NCBI GenBank assembly: GCA_043717565.1 | Contig: JAYSXE010000040.1 | Coordinates: forward strand, 4,417 to 68,416 | Length of the DNA: 64,000 nucleotides | Direction of reading: 5' to 3' | Origin: Burkholderiales bacterium | GTDB lineage: Bacteria > Pseudomonadota > Gammaproteobacteria > Burkholderiales > Burkholderiaceae_C | Shown here: one piece after another, positions 30,077-40,132 of the stretch | How positions within the stretch are numbered: the stretch's first letter is position 1 | How the letters are laid out: each line of letters opens with the position of its first letter | Position numbers and translations under genes: made by a program | The notes under the pieces: generated by a model | Database searches by the model: none | Seen by the model: the letters and a program-made list of their open reading frames with translations, nothing else | Told to the model about the DNA's origin: nothing

Positions 30077-30703
30077 CTACCAGGCCTGCAGCGCGGCCAG
30101 CGCGCGGCTGCGCAGGTCTTCCGGGCTGCGGCCCGGCGCATAGAGTGAAGAACCCAGCCCGGCACCCGCCGCACCGGCCTCGCGAAACGCCCGCAGGTTG
30201 CCGGCGTCCACACCACCCACCGCGAACATCGGCACGCAGGCGGGCAGGACAGCCCTCCAGCCTTTGAACGATGCTGTGCCCAGCACGTCGGCAGGGAACA
30301 GCTTCAACGCCTGGGCACCCGCGGCCAGGGCCTCGAACGCTTCAGACGGCGTGGCCACACCGGGCATGGCCACCAGGCCCTGCGCGCAGGCGGCGCGTAT
30401 CACGTCCACATCGCAGTTGGGCGCCAGCACCAGGCGCGCGCCCGCATCGGCACAGCGCCACACGTCGGCGGTGTTCAGCACCGTGCCGGCACCCACCAGC
30501 ACCGTGCTGCCGTGGCGCGCAACCAGGCGACGGATGCTGGTGAAGGGGTCGGGCGAATTCAGCGGAACTTCCAGCGTGTGAAAACCGCAGTCCACCAGCA
30601 CGTCGGCCACGGCCAACACCTCGTCGGGTGTCACGCCGCGAAGAATGGCCACCAGCGGGTGGCGCAGCAGGGCTGCCAGGGTTGGGTAGGCGGTTTCGTT
30701 CAT
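30077..30703 (-). CDS. dgoA: 2-dehydro-3-deoxy-6-phosphogalactonate aldolase
   Basis: PLVAILRG, EVPLNSPDP, GAGTVL, PGVATPSEAF, LKLFPA, AVGGV, GLGSSLY. Confidence 0.92.
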   Translation of the reverse strand: MNETAYPTLAALLRHPLVAILRGVTPDEVLAVADVLVDCGFHTLEVPLNSPDPFTSIRRLVARHGSTVLVGAGTVLNTADVWRCADAGARLVLAPNCDVDVIRAACAQGLVAMPGVATPSEAFEALAAGAQALKLFPADVLGTASFKGWRAVLPACVPMFAVGGVDAGNLRAFREAGAAGAGLGSSLYAPGRSPEDLRSRALAALQAW

Positions 30704-30718
30704 CTGGTCAACACGCAG

Positions 30719-31720
30719 TCAGTCGATGATCAGCGCAGCTGCCAAGGCCACCCGCCACAGGCCGCGCTCGGTGGCACCTGTTGGCACGGTGTGACTCTGG
30801 GCACCCAGTTGCTGCAGCGCGCGCGCATAGCGCTGGCACAAGACGTCGTCGCCCACCAGCAGCAGCGGCTGCGCGCGCTGGTCAGCGGGCAGTGCCGCCA
30901 GCGACGACGCCAATTCCATGCCCACCAGCAGGCCTGACAGGTAGTCGGGCAACGATGGACCCGCCACGCCGCCCAGCAGGCCGGCCGTGCGCGCTGCAAA
31001 CAAGGCCCGCGTGGCGTGCGCGTGTTCGTGCGCGCCCAGCGCCACGCCGGCGTCGAAGGCCGCAGGGTCGCTGTGGCCCTGCACCATCAACCTGCCTGGC
31101 GTGCCGTGCTGGCTGAGCAATGCGTACAACTCGCCGGTCATGTGGGTGTGGAAGTCGCAGACACGGCCTTGCGCGTCGCAGCGCACCCACTTGCTGTGGG
31201 TGCCGGGCAGCACGCACCAGCCACCCGGTGCGCGAGTCTGCGGCGCCGGGGCCGCTGCAGCGGTTGCGGACGAACTCGCGGGGTCAACCGGTGCCTGCAA
31301 AGCCGACAGCGTATCGGTGCTGCCCCAGACCTGGGTTTCTTCACCGCGCATCACGTCAAAACGGCCGGGCCGCGGCTGCGCGGAAACGCCGGGCACGATG
31401 TGAAGGCGGTGTTTACCCAGCGCCACCACGGTCAAGTCGGCAGCAGCCTGTTCGGGCCCTGCGGGCAGCGGCAGGTAAGACGCTTCCTGCCAGCCCTGGC
31501 GGCTGCCCACCATGCCGCTGGCCAGCAGCGGCAGCCCGGGCTGTACGGCCAGCCAGTCGCCACACACTTCACGCAGCACGGCTTCAAAACCGTTGGCCGG
31601 CACCGCCATCACGCCACGCGGGTCGCGCCGCGTGTGCAGCACCCGGCCGCCGCTGCCCAGCAGGCTGGCGCGCAGGGTGGACGTGCCCCAGTCCAGGGCA
31701 AGCAGTTGGGCTGTGCTCAT
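30719..31720 (-). CDS. dgoK: 2-dehydro-3-deoxygalactonokinase
   Basis: LDWGTSTLRA, SGMVGSRQGWQE, DVMRGEETQ, LPGTHSKWV, THMTGELY. Confidence 0.93.
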   Translation of the reverse strand: MSTAQLLALDWGTSTLRASLLGSGGRVLHTRRDPRGVMAVPANGFEAVLREVCGDWLAVQPGLPLLASGMVGSRQGWQEASYLPLPAGPEQAAADLTVVALGKHRLHIVPGVSAQPRPGRFDVMRGEETQVWGSTDTLSALQAPVDPASSSATAAAAPAPQTRAPGGWCVLPGTHSKWVRCDAQGRVCDFHTHMTGELYALLSQHGTPGRLMVQGHSDPAAFDAGVALGAHEHAHATRALFAARTAGLLGGVAGPSLPDYLSGLLVGMELASSLAALPADQRAQPLLLVGDDVLCQRYARALQQLGAQSHTVPTGATERGLWRVALAAALIID

Positions 31721-31802
31721 GCGCCGGCGTTCAGGGGCGCCGCTCAACCGCCCTGCGCGCTGCCGCGCAGACGGCGCACCTGGCGCGTGCGGGCCGCTGT
31801 GG

Positions 31803-32795
31803 TCAAGGTGCGGTCGACTTCGGCTGCCCGTCGTCCACCTTCACCGTGAAGCTGCCGGCCAGGATGGCCTTCTGCTTGGCCTGCACCTTGGCCACGATGT
31901 CGGCCGGCACCTTGCTGGCGAAAGTACCCAGCGGCGCCAGTTCAGAACCCTTGTGCCTCATGGTCGAGTAGATGCCGTAATCCTCGGGCGTGAACTTGCC
32001 TTCCTTCACCAGCTTCAGCGCGCGGTCGATGGTGGGCTCCATGTTCCACAGCGCCGAGGCCACCACCGTGTCGGGGTACTTGTCTTGTGTGTTGATGACG
32101 TTGCCGATAGCCAGCTTGCCCTTTTCCTTGGCTGCGTCGCTGACACCAAAGCGCTCTGCGTACAGCACGTCAGCGCCCTTGTCGATCATCGCGAAGCTGG
32201 CTTCCTTGGCCTTGGGCGGGTCGAACCAGCTGTTGATGAAGCTGACGGTGAAGCTGACCTTGGGGTTGGTTTCCTTGGCGCCGGCCATGAAGGCGTTCAT
32301 CAGGCGGTTCACCTCGGGGATGGGGAAGCCGCCCACCATGCCGATCTTGTTGCTCTTGGTCATGGCGCCAGCGATCATGCCGCTGAGGTAGGCCGGTTCC
32401 TGGATGTAGTTGTCGAAGACGCTGAAGTTGGGCGCCTGCGGCTTGCCCGATGAACCCAGCAGGAACGACGTTTTCGGGAAGTCCTTGGCCACCTTGCGGG
32501 CCGCCGCTTCAACGGCAAAGGCCTCGCCCACCACCAGCTGCGCGCCGCCGGTGGCGTATTCGCGCATCACGCGTTCGTAGTCGGCGTTGCTGACGTTTTC
32601 CGTGGCCTTGTATTCGATCTCGCCGCGCGCCTCAGCCGCCTTCAGCGCCTTGTGGATGCGGCTGACCCATTGCTGCTCGAACGGCACGGTGTAGATAGCG
32701 GCCACCTTCAGCTTGGCCTGCGCCAAGGAAAGGCTGGGCGTGACGGCCACCAGGGCGGCCGCCAGCGTGGCGAGGACACGGCGAGAGAGTTGCAT
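31803..32795 (-). CDS. BMP family ABC substrate-binding protein (nucleoside/purine type)
   Basis: Signal peptide MQLSRR...AQA; VAAIYTVPFEQQWVSRIH; IGMVGGFPIPEVNRL; SWFDPPKAKE. Confidence 0.9.
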   Translation of the reverse strand: MQLSRRVLATLAAALVAVTPSLSLAQAKLKVAAIYTVPFEQQWVSRIHKALKAAEARGEIEYKATENVSNADYERVMREYATGGAQLVVGEAFAVEAAARKVAKDFPKTSFLLGSSGKPQAPNFSVFDNYIQEPAYLSGMIAGAMTKSNKIGMVGGFPIPEVNRLMNAFMAGAKETNPKVSFTVSFINSWFDPPKAKEASFAMIDKGADVLYAERFGVSDAAKEKGKLAIGNVINTQDKYPDTVVASALWNMEPTIDRALKLVKEGKFTPEDYGIYSTMRHKGSELAPLGTFASKVPADIVAKVQAKQKAILAGSFTVKVDDGQPKSTAP

Positions 32796-32853
32796 GTCGG
32801 GTCTCCTGAAGAATTCGAATGGGGGGCAAACAGTGAATTTACAGCAAGGCCCT

Positions 32854-32869
32854 TGCAAGACCCGCACCC
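32854..32869 (-). promoter_or_regulatory. Candidate sigma-54 promoter for the BMP gene
   Basis: Minus strand GGGTGCGGGTCTTGCA: GG-N10-GC with TTGCA at -12, about 60 nt upstream of the ATG. Confidence 0.35.
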
Positions 32870-32954
32870 GGTTTGCAGCGGGGCCCCGCAGGTGGCACGC
32901 GCATCGACTGGCCGGTGCCGCCCAGACATGGGTGCAGTTGCAACAACGCGGGCG

Positions 32955-32988
32955 CTGTCACTGAACCGTCATCAGCGCCGCATACCGT
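32955..32988 (+). promoter_or_regulatory. Pho box plus -10 element
   Basis: CTGTCACTGAACCGTCAT (32955-32972; two 7-mers in 11-bp register), followed 10 nt later by TACCGT. Confidence 0.7.
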
Positions 32989-33020
32989 TTCGCTTTTCCC
33001 ACACCTGCCGCTGCACCACC

Positions 33021-34478
33021 ATGCCGAATACCCCCCGCTTCCTGCCCGCTGCCACCGTTGCCCTGGCCACCTGGGCTGCCGTCTGCATGCCCCAGCTCGC
33101 CGCCGCAGCGGCCGTCACCAACGTGCAGTTCGTCAACGGCCTGGTGCTGGACGGGGCGGCCGTGGACCGTTCAAGCGGCAGCAATTTCGACCGCCGTGTC
33201 GGCTACTTCTCTGACATCTACTACGACCCCGCCGCCAAGGTCTGGTGGGGCCTGTCGGACCGGGGCCCGGGCGGTGGTTTGCTGAACTATCAAACGCGCG
33301 TGCAACGCTTCACCATCGACATCGCGGGCAATGGTGCCATCAGCAATTTCCAGATCGCCGAAACGGTGAAGTTCACCGAAAACGGCCAGCCGCTGAACGG
33401 CCTGGCACCCAGCAACGCCAGCACGCTGGGCCGCTCATTCGACCCCGAGGGTTTTGTCATCAACCCGCGCAACGGCAACATCCTGGTGTCTGACGAATAC
33501 GGCCCCTCGCTGCTGGAATTCAACCGCGCGGGCGAGTTGCTGCGCCGCTTCACGGTGCCGGGCAACCTGGTGCCCAGGGCCGGCGCCAACACCCACTACA
33601 ACGCCGCACCGCCCACGCTGACTGCCGGCCGCGAAGGCAACCGCGGGCTGGAAGGCCTGGCCATCAGCCCCGACGGCCGCTTCGCCTATGCGATGCTGCA
33701 AAACGGCACCATCACCGACGGCTGGACCAGCAGTTCGCGCGGCCTGTACACACGCATCGTCAAGTTCGACACCGCCGCCGGCGAGGCCGTGGCGCAGTAC
33801 GCCTACAAACTGGAAAGCGCGGGCCAGGGCCGCGGCATCTCGGCCATCGTGGCGCTGGGCGGCGACCGCTTCCTGGCGCTGGAACGCAACAACCGCGGTG
33901 TTGGCGTGGGCGCCACGGTGGCCAGCGCTGACAAGAACGTGTTCGAGATTGACCTGGCCAGCGCCGTGGACGTGAGCAACGTCAACCTGCCGGCCAACGG
34001 CAATTTCGCCGGCGCCGTGACCAAGGTGGCCAAGGTGATGGACCTCGATGCCAACACGCTGGCCGCCCTGGGCAACAAGTCGCCCGAGAAATGGGAAGGC
34101 CTGGCTGTGGGCCCCCAGTTGGCCAATGGCAGCTACTTCATGCTGGCCGGCACCGACAACGACTACAGCGTCACGCAAAGCGGCGCAGGCGCGCAGTTCG
34201 ACGTCTACTTCCGCTTCAGCGACCTCGACCCCTACGCGTCGTCCATCCAGTGCCCGCTGGGCGACACCAGCACCTGCAACTTCACCGACGGCAGCGGCGC
34301 CACGGCACTGCCAACGGGCTATGCATTGTTGCCCGGCGTGCTGCACGCCTACACCGCCAACATCGACGGCTTCGTGGCCGCCGTGCCGGTGCCGGACACG
34401 CTGCCGCTGGTGGCGCTGGGGCTGGCGGTGATGGCGCTGCGCGGCAAGGCTGCGCGCGCCCGCACGGCGGCACGCTGA
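33021..34478 (+). CDS. Esterase-like activity of phytase family protein with PEP-CTERM-type tail
   Basis: Signal peptide; GLSDRGP, DPEG, SDEYGP, NRGLEGLAISPDG, PEKWEG, TDNDY; C-terminus VPVPDTLPLVALGLAVMALRGKAARAR. Confidence 0.88.
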   Translation: MPNTPRFLPAATVALATWAAVCMPQLAAAAAVTNVQFVNGLVLDGAAVDRSSGSNFDRRVGYFSDIYYDPAAKVWWGLSDRGPGGGLLNYQTRVQRFTIDIAGNGAISNFQIAETVKFTENGQPLNGLAPSNASTLGRSFDPEGFVINPRNGNILVSDEYGPSLLEFNRAGELLRRFTVPGNLVPRAGANTHYNAAPPTLTAGREGNRGLEGLAISPDGRFAYAMLQNGTITDGWTSSSRGLYTRIVKFDTAAGEAVAQYAYKLESAGQGRGISAIVALGGDRFLALERNNRGVGVGATVASADKNVFEIDLASAVDVSNVNLPANGNFAGAVTKVAKVMDLDANTLAALGNKSPEKWEGLAVGPQLANGSYFMLAGTDNDYSVTQSGAGAQFDVYFRFSDLDPYASSIQCPLGDTSTCNFTDGSGATALPTGYALLPGVLHAYTANIDGFVAAVPVPDTLPLVALGLAVMALRGKAARARTAAR

Positions 34479-34507
34479 AGGCTGGGCGGCGCTGCCGCCG
34501 GGGGCGG

Positions 34508-35320
34508 TCAGGCCGCTGGCACTTCCTCGGCCCAGACCTTGAACCCCTCCAGCGTGTTGGGGCCGAAGGTGCTGGTCAGCGCCACGTCGCAAGCGTCGCG
34601 CCCGCGGGCGATGAGCACGCGGCCGATGCGCGGCGTGTTGTTGCGCGCGTCGAAGGTGTACCAGCGGTCGCCCAGGAAGGCTTCGAACCAGCCCGCAAAG
34701 TCCATGACGCCATGGGGTGGTGGCGTGCCCACGTCGCCCAGGTAGCCGGTGCAGTAACGCGCCGGTATGTTCATGCAGCGGCACAGCGCAATGGCCAGGT
34801 GCGCGTAATCGCGGCACACGCCAATGCCTTCGTTGTAGGCCTCCCAGGCGGTGCGCGTGCGCCGCGCATGCTGATAGCCGAATTCGATGTGCTGGTGCAC
34901 GAAGTCGCAGATGGCCTGCACGCGGGCCCAGCCGGTGGGGCCGTTGCCGAAGCGTTGCCAGGCCATCTCAGACAGTTGGTCGGTCTCGCAATAGCGGCTG
35001 CCCAGCAGGTACACCAAGGTCGACTCGGGCAGCCATTCCACCGGCGTCTGCACCGCCCAAGGGGCCACGATGTCGACCGCACCGCTGTCGTTCACCAGCG
35101 CGTCGGTGCTCAGCACGAAGCGGCCTGCGGGGGCCACCAGGCGGCTGCACCAGTTGCCGAACAGGTCGCGGTAGGCGGCGACGGGCACCGACGGGTGGGT
35201 GACCAGGTGGTCGGGCCGCAGCAGGTCTGAAGTGCGCGAATAGTGGATGCTCAGCGCCAGGATCATTGGCGTGGGCTGCGGACATTGATAGGCCATCTCG
35301 AAGCCGACGCGCAGTTTCAT
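34508..35320 (-). CDS. Transglutaminase family protein
   Basis: YRDLFGNWCSR, YLLGSRYCETD, GVCRDYAH, ARYCTGYLGD, MDFAGWFE, GRDACDVA. Confidence 0.9.
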   Translation of the reverse strand: MKLRVGFEMAYQCPQPTPMILALSIHYSRTSDLLRPDHLVTHPSVPVAAYRDLFGNWCSRLVAPAGRFVLSTDALVNDSGAVDIVAPWAVQTPVEWLPESTLVYLLGSRYCETDQLSEMAWQRFGNGPTGWARVQAICDFVHQHIEFGYQHARRTRTAWEAYNEGIGVCRDYAHLAIALCRCMNIPARYCTGYLGDVGTPPPHGVMDFAGWFEAFLGDRWYTFDARNNTPRIGRVLIARGRDACDVALTSTFGPNTLEGFKVWAEEVPAA

Positions 35321-35438
35321 GGGGCCTCTGGAACCGGTGGGTGGCAGGCCTGGGGCAGGCCCGCGCATGCCGCCGAGTATGGCGGTTGCGGCCGGACCGC
35401 GGTTCAGGGCCTGCCGGCCCGCGGCCCGCGGCCGGGCT

Positions 35439-37208
35439 TCACAGCCACTGCCAGCGGTCTGCGGCTTCGCCCTGGGGCCCGTTTGCGGCGGCGCTGGCCT
35501 GCCCGTCGTGTTGCAGTTTCAGCAGGTGCGCCAGCAGCGAACGGCGGGCCATGCCGTGCAGGCTGGGCGACACGTCGTCATAAACCACAGGCACCAGGTC
35601 GTCCAGGCCGGCACTGCCCGCCCGTTGCAGCGCGGCCTGCACCTTGGCGTGGCGCTTCATGCGGTGGGCAACCAGGTCGCGCAGCACCTGGTGCGGCTGG
35701 TCCACCAGAAAACCATGGCCGGGCGCCAGCCACTGCAGGGGCTCTACCAGCAGCGCCTGCAGTGACTGCAGGTAGGCCACCATGTCACCGTCTGGCGGGT
35801 TGATGACCACCGTGCTGCCCTGCATGACATGGTCGCCAGTGAAGAGGGTGTGCTCCTCTTCCAGCAGATAACACAGGTGGTTGCTGGCATGGCCCGGTGT
35901 GTGCACCACGCGCAAGGTGCAGCCGGCGCCCAGCGCCAGGCGCTCGCCATGCACCGGTTCGCGCTGCGGCGCGAACTGCGGGTCTTGCCACTGCGGGTGT
36001 GCCGCCACGCGGCCCAGCACTGGCGCACCGGTAGCGCGCGACAGCGCTGCTGCCAGCGGTGAATGGTCACGGTGCGTGTGCGTCACCAGAATCTGCGTGA
36101 TGCGCCCGGGCCCGCCATGCTGCGCTGCTGCCAGCAGCGCCTGCAGGTGGCTGTCTTCGCCGGCCGCCGGGCCTTCAGGGCCGGGGTCGATGACTGTCCA
36201 CTCACGTTCAGAGTTATTGTCGGTGCGCGGTGCAGCGACCAGGTAGCTGTTGGTGCCCGGCCCGGTCATGGGCCCGGGGTTGGGCGCGGTGACGCGCAGG
36301 ACGCAGGGCGACAGCTGAACCACGCGCCCCGGCACCAGGTCGCAATACGCGCCGCCGCTGCGTGCGGGGTCGAGCCGGCCCACTTCGGCCCAGGGCAGTT
36401 CACCCGGCAGCACCACGTGGCGGCCCCTGGCGTTCTGCGCCACGCGCGGCTCGATCAGTTCCACCTGGTGCTGGCGTTGGCGCGCGGCTTCCATGGCCGC
36501 CGCGGCGCTGGGCTGGCGGCCCAGGTCTTGCAGCGTGCGGCGCGTCACCGGCATCAGCTTCAAGCCGCGCTTGGGGTCCAGCGCCTCGGCGGGCGTCAGC
36601 CACATCAGTTCAACCGCCTCGCCCATGTCGGCTTGCGCGGCCTGGCCGGCCGGTGCGTGAGCAATGAAAAAGCGCGTGTCGAAGCGCTTGGGCACCGTCA
36701 ACGGTGTCAGCCAGTGGCCGCAATAGACCAGGCTGCGCAGGTCCCAGCGCAGGCCGTGGGCACGGCAGAAGTCAGCGGCGCTGAGTTCGCCGTTGTTCAG
36801 CGGTTCGCGGTGCGGGTACAGCGCGGCCACGTCGATGGTGCGGCCGTCATCGGCCACGGCCAGCAGCAGGCCCACTTCCTCGAACGTTTCACGCACGGCG
36901 GCCACGAAGTAGCCCGCACCGCCCTGGGCCACGCCCAGCAGTGCGCTGGCCTCGGCGTCACTCGGGCCCAGGCTCAGGGGCAGGGCTTCGGCGTCGCGCC
37001 GGTCCAGCACGCCGCCGGGGAACACCGCGGCGCCGCCCCGCATGTCGCCGTCGCGTTCAGCACGGCGCAGCATCAGCACTTCCACCTGGATTGGGCTGCT
37101 GCCGCTGCTGCCGCTGCGGTCGCGCACCAGCAGCACCGAGGCGGCAGCGCGCGTGCCGGCCGGCGGGGTGTAGCCGGCGCGGGCAGCGCCGTTCGCGTCG
37201 GCGCTCAT
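35439..37208 (-). CDS. NUDIX (NUDT19-like) plus MBL-fold hydrolase (LACTB2-like) fusion
   Basis: VFPGG...[14 protein letters not shown]...WLTP..RFDTRFF; then [42 protein letters not shown]. Confidence 0.88.
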   Translation of the reverse strand: MSADANGAARAGYTPPAGTRAAASVLLVRDRSGSSGSSPIQVEVLMLRRAERDGDMRGGAAVFPGGVLDRRDAEALPLSLGPSDAEASALLGVAQGGAGYFVAAVRETFEEVGLLLAVADDGRTIDVAALYPHREPLNNGELSAADFCRAHGLRWDLRSLVYCGHWLTPLTVPKRFDTRFFIAHAPAGQAAQADMGEAVELMWLTPAEALDPKRGLKLMPVTRRTLQDLGRQPSAAAAMEAARQRQHQVELIEPRVAQNARGRHVVLPGELPWAEVGRLDPARSGGAYCDLVPGRVVQLSPCVLRVTAPNPGPMTGPGTNSYLVAAPRTDNNSEREWTVIDPGPEGPAAGEDSHLQALLAAAQHGGPGRITQILVTHTHRDHSPLAAALSRATGAPVLGRVAAHPQWQDPQFAPQREPVHGERLALGAGCTLRVVHTPGHASNHLCYLLEEEHTLFTGDHVMQGSTVVINPPDGDMVAYLQSLQALLVEPLQWLAPGHGFLVDQPHQVLRDLVAHRMKRHAKVQAALQRAGSAGLDDLVPVVYDDVSPSLHGMARRSLLAHLLKLQHDGQASAAANGPQGEAADRWQWL

Positions 37209-38365
37209 CGCGCCACCCCGGCAGCCTGCAGTGCGGCCACGTCGGCAGCGCTGAAACCGGCCTCCTGCAGCAGCGCCAGCGTGTGTTCACCCACCGCCGG
37301 TGCGCCGCGCGGGTGCCCGGCGGGAGTGCGGTCGAAACGCGGCGCCGGCGCCGGCTGCGGCACACCTTCCACGGTGACAAAGCTGCCGCGCGCCACGGCG
37401 TGGGCATGCTGGGGGGCTTCGTCGAAAGCCAGCACGGGCGCAAAACAGGCGTCGGTGCCTTCGAGCACGGCGCACCATTCGTCGCGCGTGCGCTGCTTCA
37501 CCGCAGCGGCGATGGCGGTGCGCATCTCGGGCCACAGCTTCTGGTCGTACTGGCGCTTCACGAAGCGTTCGTCCAGCCCCAGCGCTTGCGCCAGCGTGGC
37601 AAAGAACTTGGGTTCCAGCGGGCCCAGGCTGATGTGCTGCTGGTCGGCGGTTTCATACGTGCTGTAGAACGGCGCGCCGCCGTCCAGCAGATTGGTGCCC
37701 CGCGCGCCCTGCCATTGGCCGGATGCCTTCAGGCCGAAGAAAAGGGAAGCCAGCGAGGCCGCGCCGTCCACCATGGCGGCGTCCACCACTTGGCCGCGGC
37801 CGGAATGCTGGCGTTCAAACAGCGCCGCCATCACGCCAAAAGCCAGGTACAGCGCGCCGCCGCCGTAGTCGCCCACCAGGTTCAATGGCGGCATGGGCGG
37901 CCCGCCGGCGGCGCCCATGGCGTGCAGCGCACCGGTGAGCGCTATGTAGTTCATGTCATGCCCGGCGGCATGGGCCAGCGGGCCGGTCTGGCCAAAGCCC
38001 GTCATGCGGCCGTAGACCAGGCGCGGGTTGCGCGCATGGCAGTCGGCCGGGCCCAGGCCCAGGCTTTCGGTGACGCCGGGGCGAAAGCCTTCAATCAGCA
38101 CGTCGGCCGTGTCCAGCAGGCGCAGCACGGCGTCGCGGCCCGCCGGCGCTTTCAGGTCCAGCGCCACCGACCGGCGGCCGCGGCCGTTGACGTCAAAACG
38201 GCGGTCTTGCGCCACGCCCAGGCCGCTGGGCTGCAGGCGGTCGACCCGCACCACGTCGGCGCCCAGGTCAGCCAGCAGCATGCAGCACATGGGGCCGGGG
38301 CCGATGCTGGCCAGTTCGATGACACGCAGGCCCTGCAGCGGGCCCGAAGGCTTTGCGTTTTCCAT
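37205..38365 (-). CDS. CaiB/BaiF family protein, alpha-methylacyl-CoA racemase-like
   Basis: [62 protein letters not shown]. Confidence 0.9.
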   Translation of the reverse strand: MENAKPSGPLQGLRVIELASIGPGPMCCMLLADLGADVVRVDRLQPSGLGVAQDRRFDVNGRGRRSVALDLKAPAGRDAVLRLLDTADVLIEGFRPGVTESLGLGPADCHARNPRLVYGRMTGFGQTGPLAHAAGHDMNYIALTGALHAMGAAGGPPMPPLNLVGDYGGGALYLAFGVMAALFERQHSGRGQVVDAAMVDGAASLASLFFGLKASGQWQGARGTNLLDGGAPFYSTYETADQQHISLGPLEPKFFATLAQALGLDERFVKRQYDQKLWPEMRTAIAAAVKQRTRDEWCAVLEGTDACFAPVLAFDEAPQHAHAVARGSFVTVEGVPQPAPAPRFDRTPAGHPRGAPAVGEHTLALLQEAGFSAADVAALQAAGVAR

Positions 38366-38419
38366 GGCCCTGGAGTGTGCCGCATCGCTGCGGGCCGGGG
38401 CCTGGCGGGGGCTGCACCC

Positions 38420-39760
38420 TCAGTGCGGCTTGTCGTCTTCGTCGTGGATGTGTCGCCGCGCGCGGCGCAGCCCCAACACCATCAGCACCGCCGCCACCGG
38501 AACCGCAAGGCCCATGGCCAGGTCGGCGTTCAGGCCGATGCCACCGGCCTTGGCGCCCTTTGCCAGGTAGCCCACCAGCCCGACCACGTAGTACACGATG
38601 GCGGCCACCGAAAGGCCCTCCACCGTTTGCTGCAGCCGCAGTTGCGTCTTGGCGCGGCGGTCCATGGAACGCAGCAGCGCCTGGTTCTGCCGTTCGCGGG
38701 CGATGCTGACGCGGGTGCTAAGCAGCGCGCTGGCCTGCGACACCCGTTCAGACAGGTCGCGCAGGCGCGTGGACATGGTGACGCAGGTGGCCACCGCAGG
38801 TTCGAACCGGCGCGCCATGAATTCGCCCAGCGTTTGCAGGCCGTTCAGGCGCGCCTCGCGCAGCTCGGCAATGCGGGTGCGCACCAGTTCGGCATAGGCG
38901 CGGCAGGCGCCAAAGCGGAACTGGCTGGCAGACACCTTGCGTTCCACCTCGGCGGCCAGGCGCGTCAGCTCGTGCAGCAGTTTTTCGTCGTCACCCTCTT
39001 CGCGTGCGATGTCTTCAGTCAGCTGCGCCAGCGCCTTTTCGACGGTGGCAATGCCCGGCGACTGTTCGCGCGCCAGCGGAAAGGCCAGCAGCGCCATCAT
39101 GCGGTAGGCCTCGATCTCGCACAGCCGCTGCACCACGCGGCCGGCCCGCCGCGGCGCCAGCCGTCGGCTGAGCAGCAGGAAGCGCGAAAAGCCGTCGTCA
39201 TGCACCTTGAAGTCGGTGAAGGCCAGTGCGGCGGCGTCGGCCACTTCAGAGCCCACCACCACGTGGTCACCGAAGTAGTGCGCCAGTTCGGCGTCGCTGG
39301 GCAGGGCCGGGCCGGCCTGCAGCAGCAGCAGGTTGGCGGCCACCAGCACGCGCCCCGGCAATGCCGGCAGCCAGCCGGCCGGCAACAGCGCGGCGGCGGG
39401 CTGGGCGAAGGGGTCTGCACTGGGTACGGAAAGGGACGCAGCAGGGGGCGCGCCTTCAGCGAAGAAGGTCCATGACGAAAACTCGCCATGACGTTCCCAT
39501 TTCAGATGCAGGGTGCCGGCAGGGGTGGCCAGGGGCACGCTGAAGTGCGTGCGCCCGGCTTCCGGGGGGGCGACCGACAGGCTGTGGCACAGGCGCTGCA
39601 GGTGCTGTTCCTCGGCGGTGCGCTCGTCAGCCGCCAGCAGCACGGCCAGGTAGGTGACCCGGCACGGCGTGGGCAACAGCGCAGAAGGCCGGGCGTGGGC
39701 CTCGTCGGCCAGCAGCATGCGCTGCCCGTGGTCGGGCGGCAGTGCAACGGCCGGCGTCAT
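38420..39760 (-). CDS. DUF3422 family membrane-anchored protein
   Basis: EAHARP, KWERHGEFSSW, GRVVQRLCEIEAYRMMALL, QLRLQQTVEGLS, two C-terminal TM segments. Confidence 0.9.
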   Translation of the reverse strand: MTPAVALPPDHGQRMLLADEAHARPSALLPTPCRVTYLAVLLAADERTAEEQHLQRLCHSLSVAPPEAGRTHFSVPLATPAGTLHLKWERHGEFSSWTFFAEGAPPAASLSVPSADPFAQPAAALLPAGWLPALPGRVLVAANLLLLQAGPALPSDAELAHYFGDHVVVGSEVADAAALAFTDFKVHDDGFSRFLLLSRRLAPRRAGRVVQRLCEIEAYRMMALLAFPLAREQSPGIATVEKALAQLTEDIAREEGDDEKLLHELTRLAAEVERKVSASQFRFGACRAYAELVRTRIAELREARLNGLQTLGEFMARRFEPAVATCVTMSTRLRDLSERVSQASALLSTRVSIARERQNQALLRSMDRRAKTQLRLQQTVEGLSVAAIVYYVVGLVGYLAKGAKAGGIGLNADLAMGLAVPVAAVLMVLGLRRARRHIHDEDDKPH

Positions 39761-40132
39761 GCGTTGCCCACGCAGGCCGTACCGGTCTGCAACCCGAAAA
39801 GGCGGTGAAAAGCGGTGTTCATCCGCACCGATGCTACGTCAGCCCCCGGCTGGGGGCCCGCCCAGGCGCACGCCGGCCGCGGCGGCGGGCTGGCACCCAC
39901 CGCTTTGCAACCGGGCACTTGACGGGGGTGCAAACGGGCGCGCGGCGCAAGCCCGAACGCCAATGCGCATTTGGTCACAAATGGCCCTGCCGCGGCGCCG
40001 TCCCCTTCAAGCCCGGCCACCGAAGGCCGATAGCCCAGTGGTCGACCGCGGCCTGGCACAGGCCGTGGCGCGGGCGGGTTTGCATTCAGCAGCTTGCCAC
40101 TGCAGACCCCGTTGCCAAAGGAGAAAACCCAC

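Noticed and set aside
39780-40130. c-di-GMP riboswitch or sigma-54 promoter upstream of the lap operon
   Set aside because: No convincing GEMM motif by eye, and the TGGCAC...TTGC-like strings have the wrong spacing; an Rfam scan would settle it
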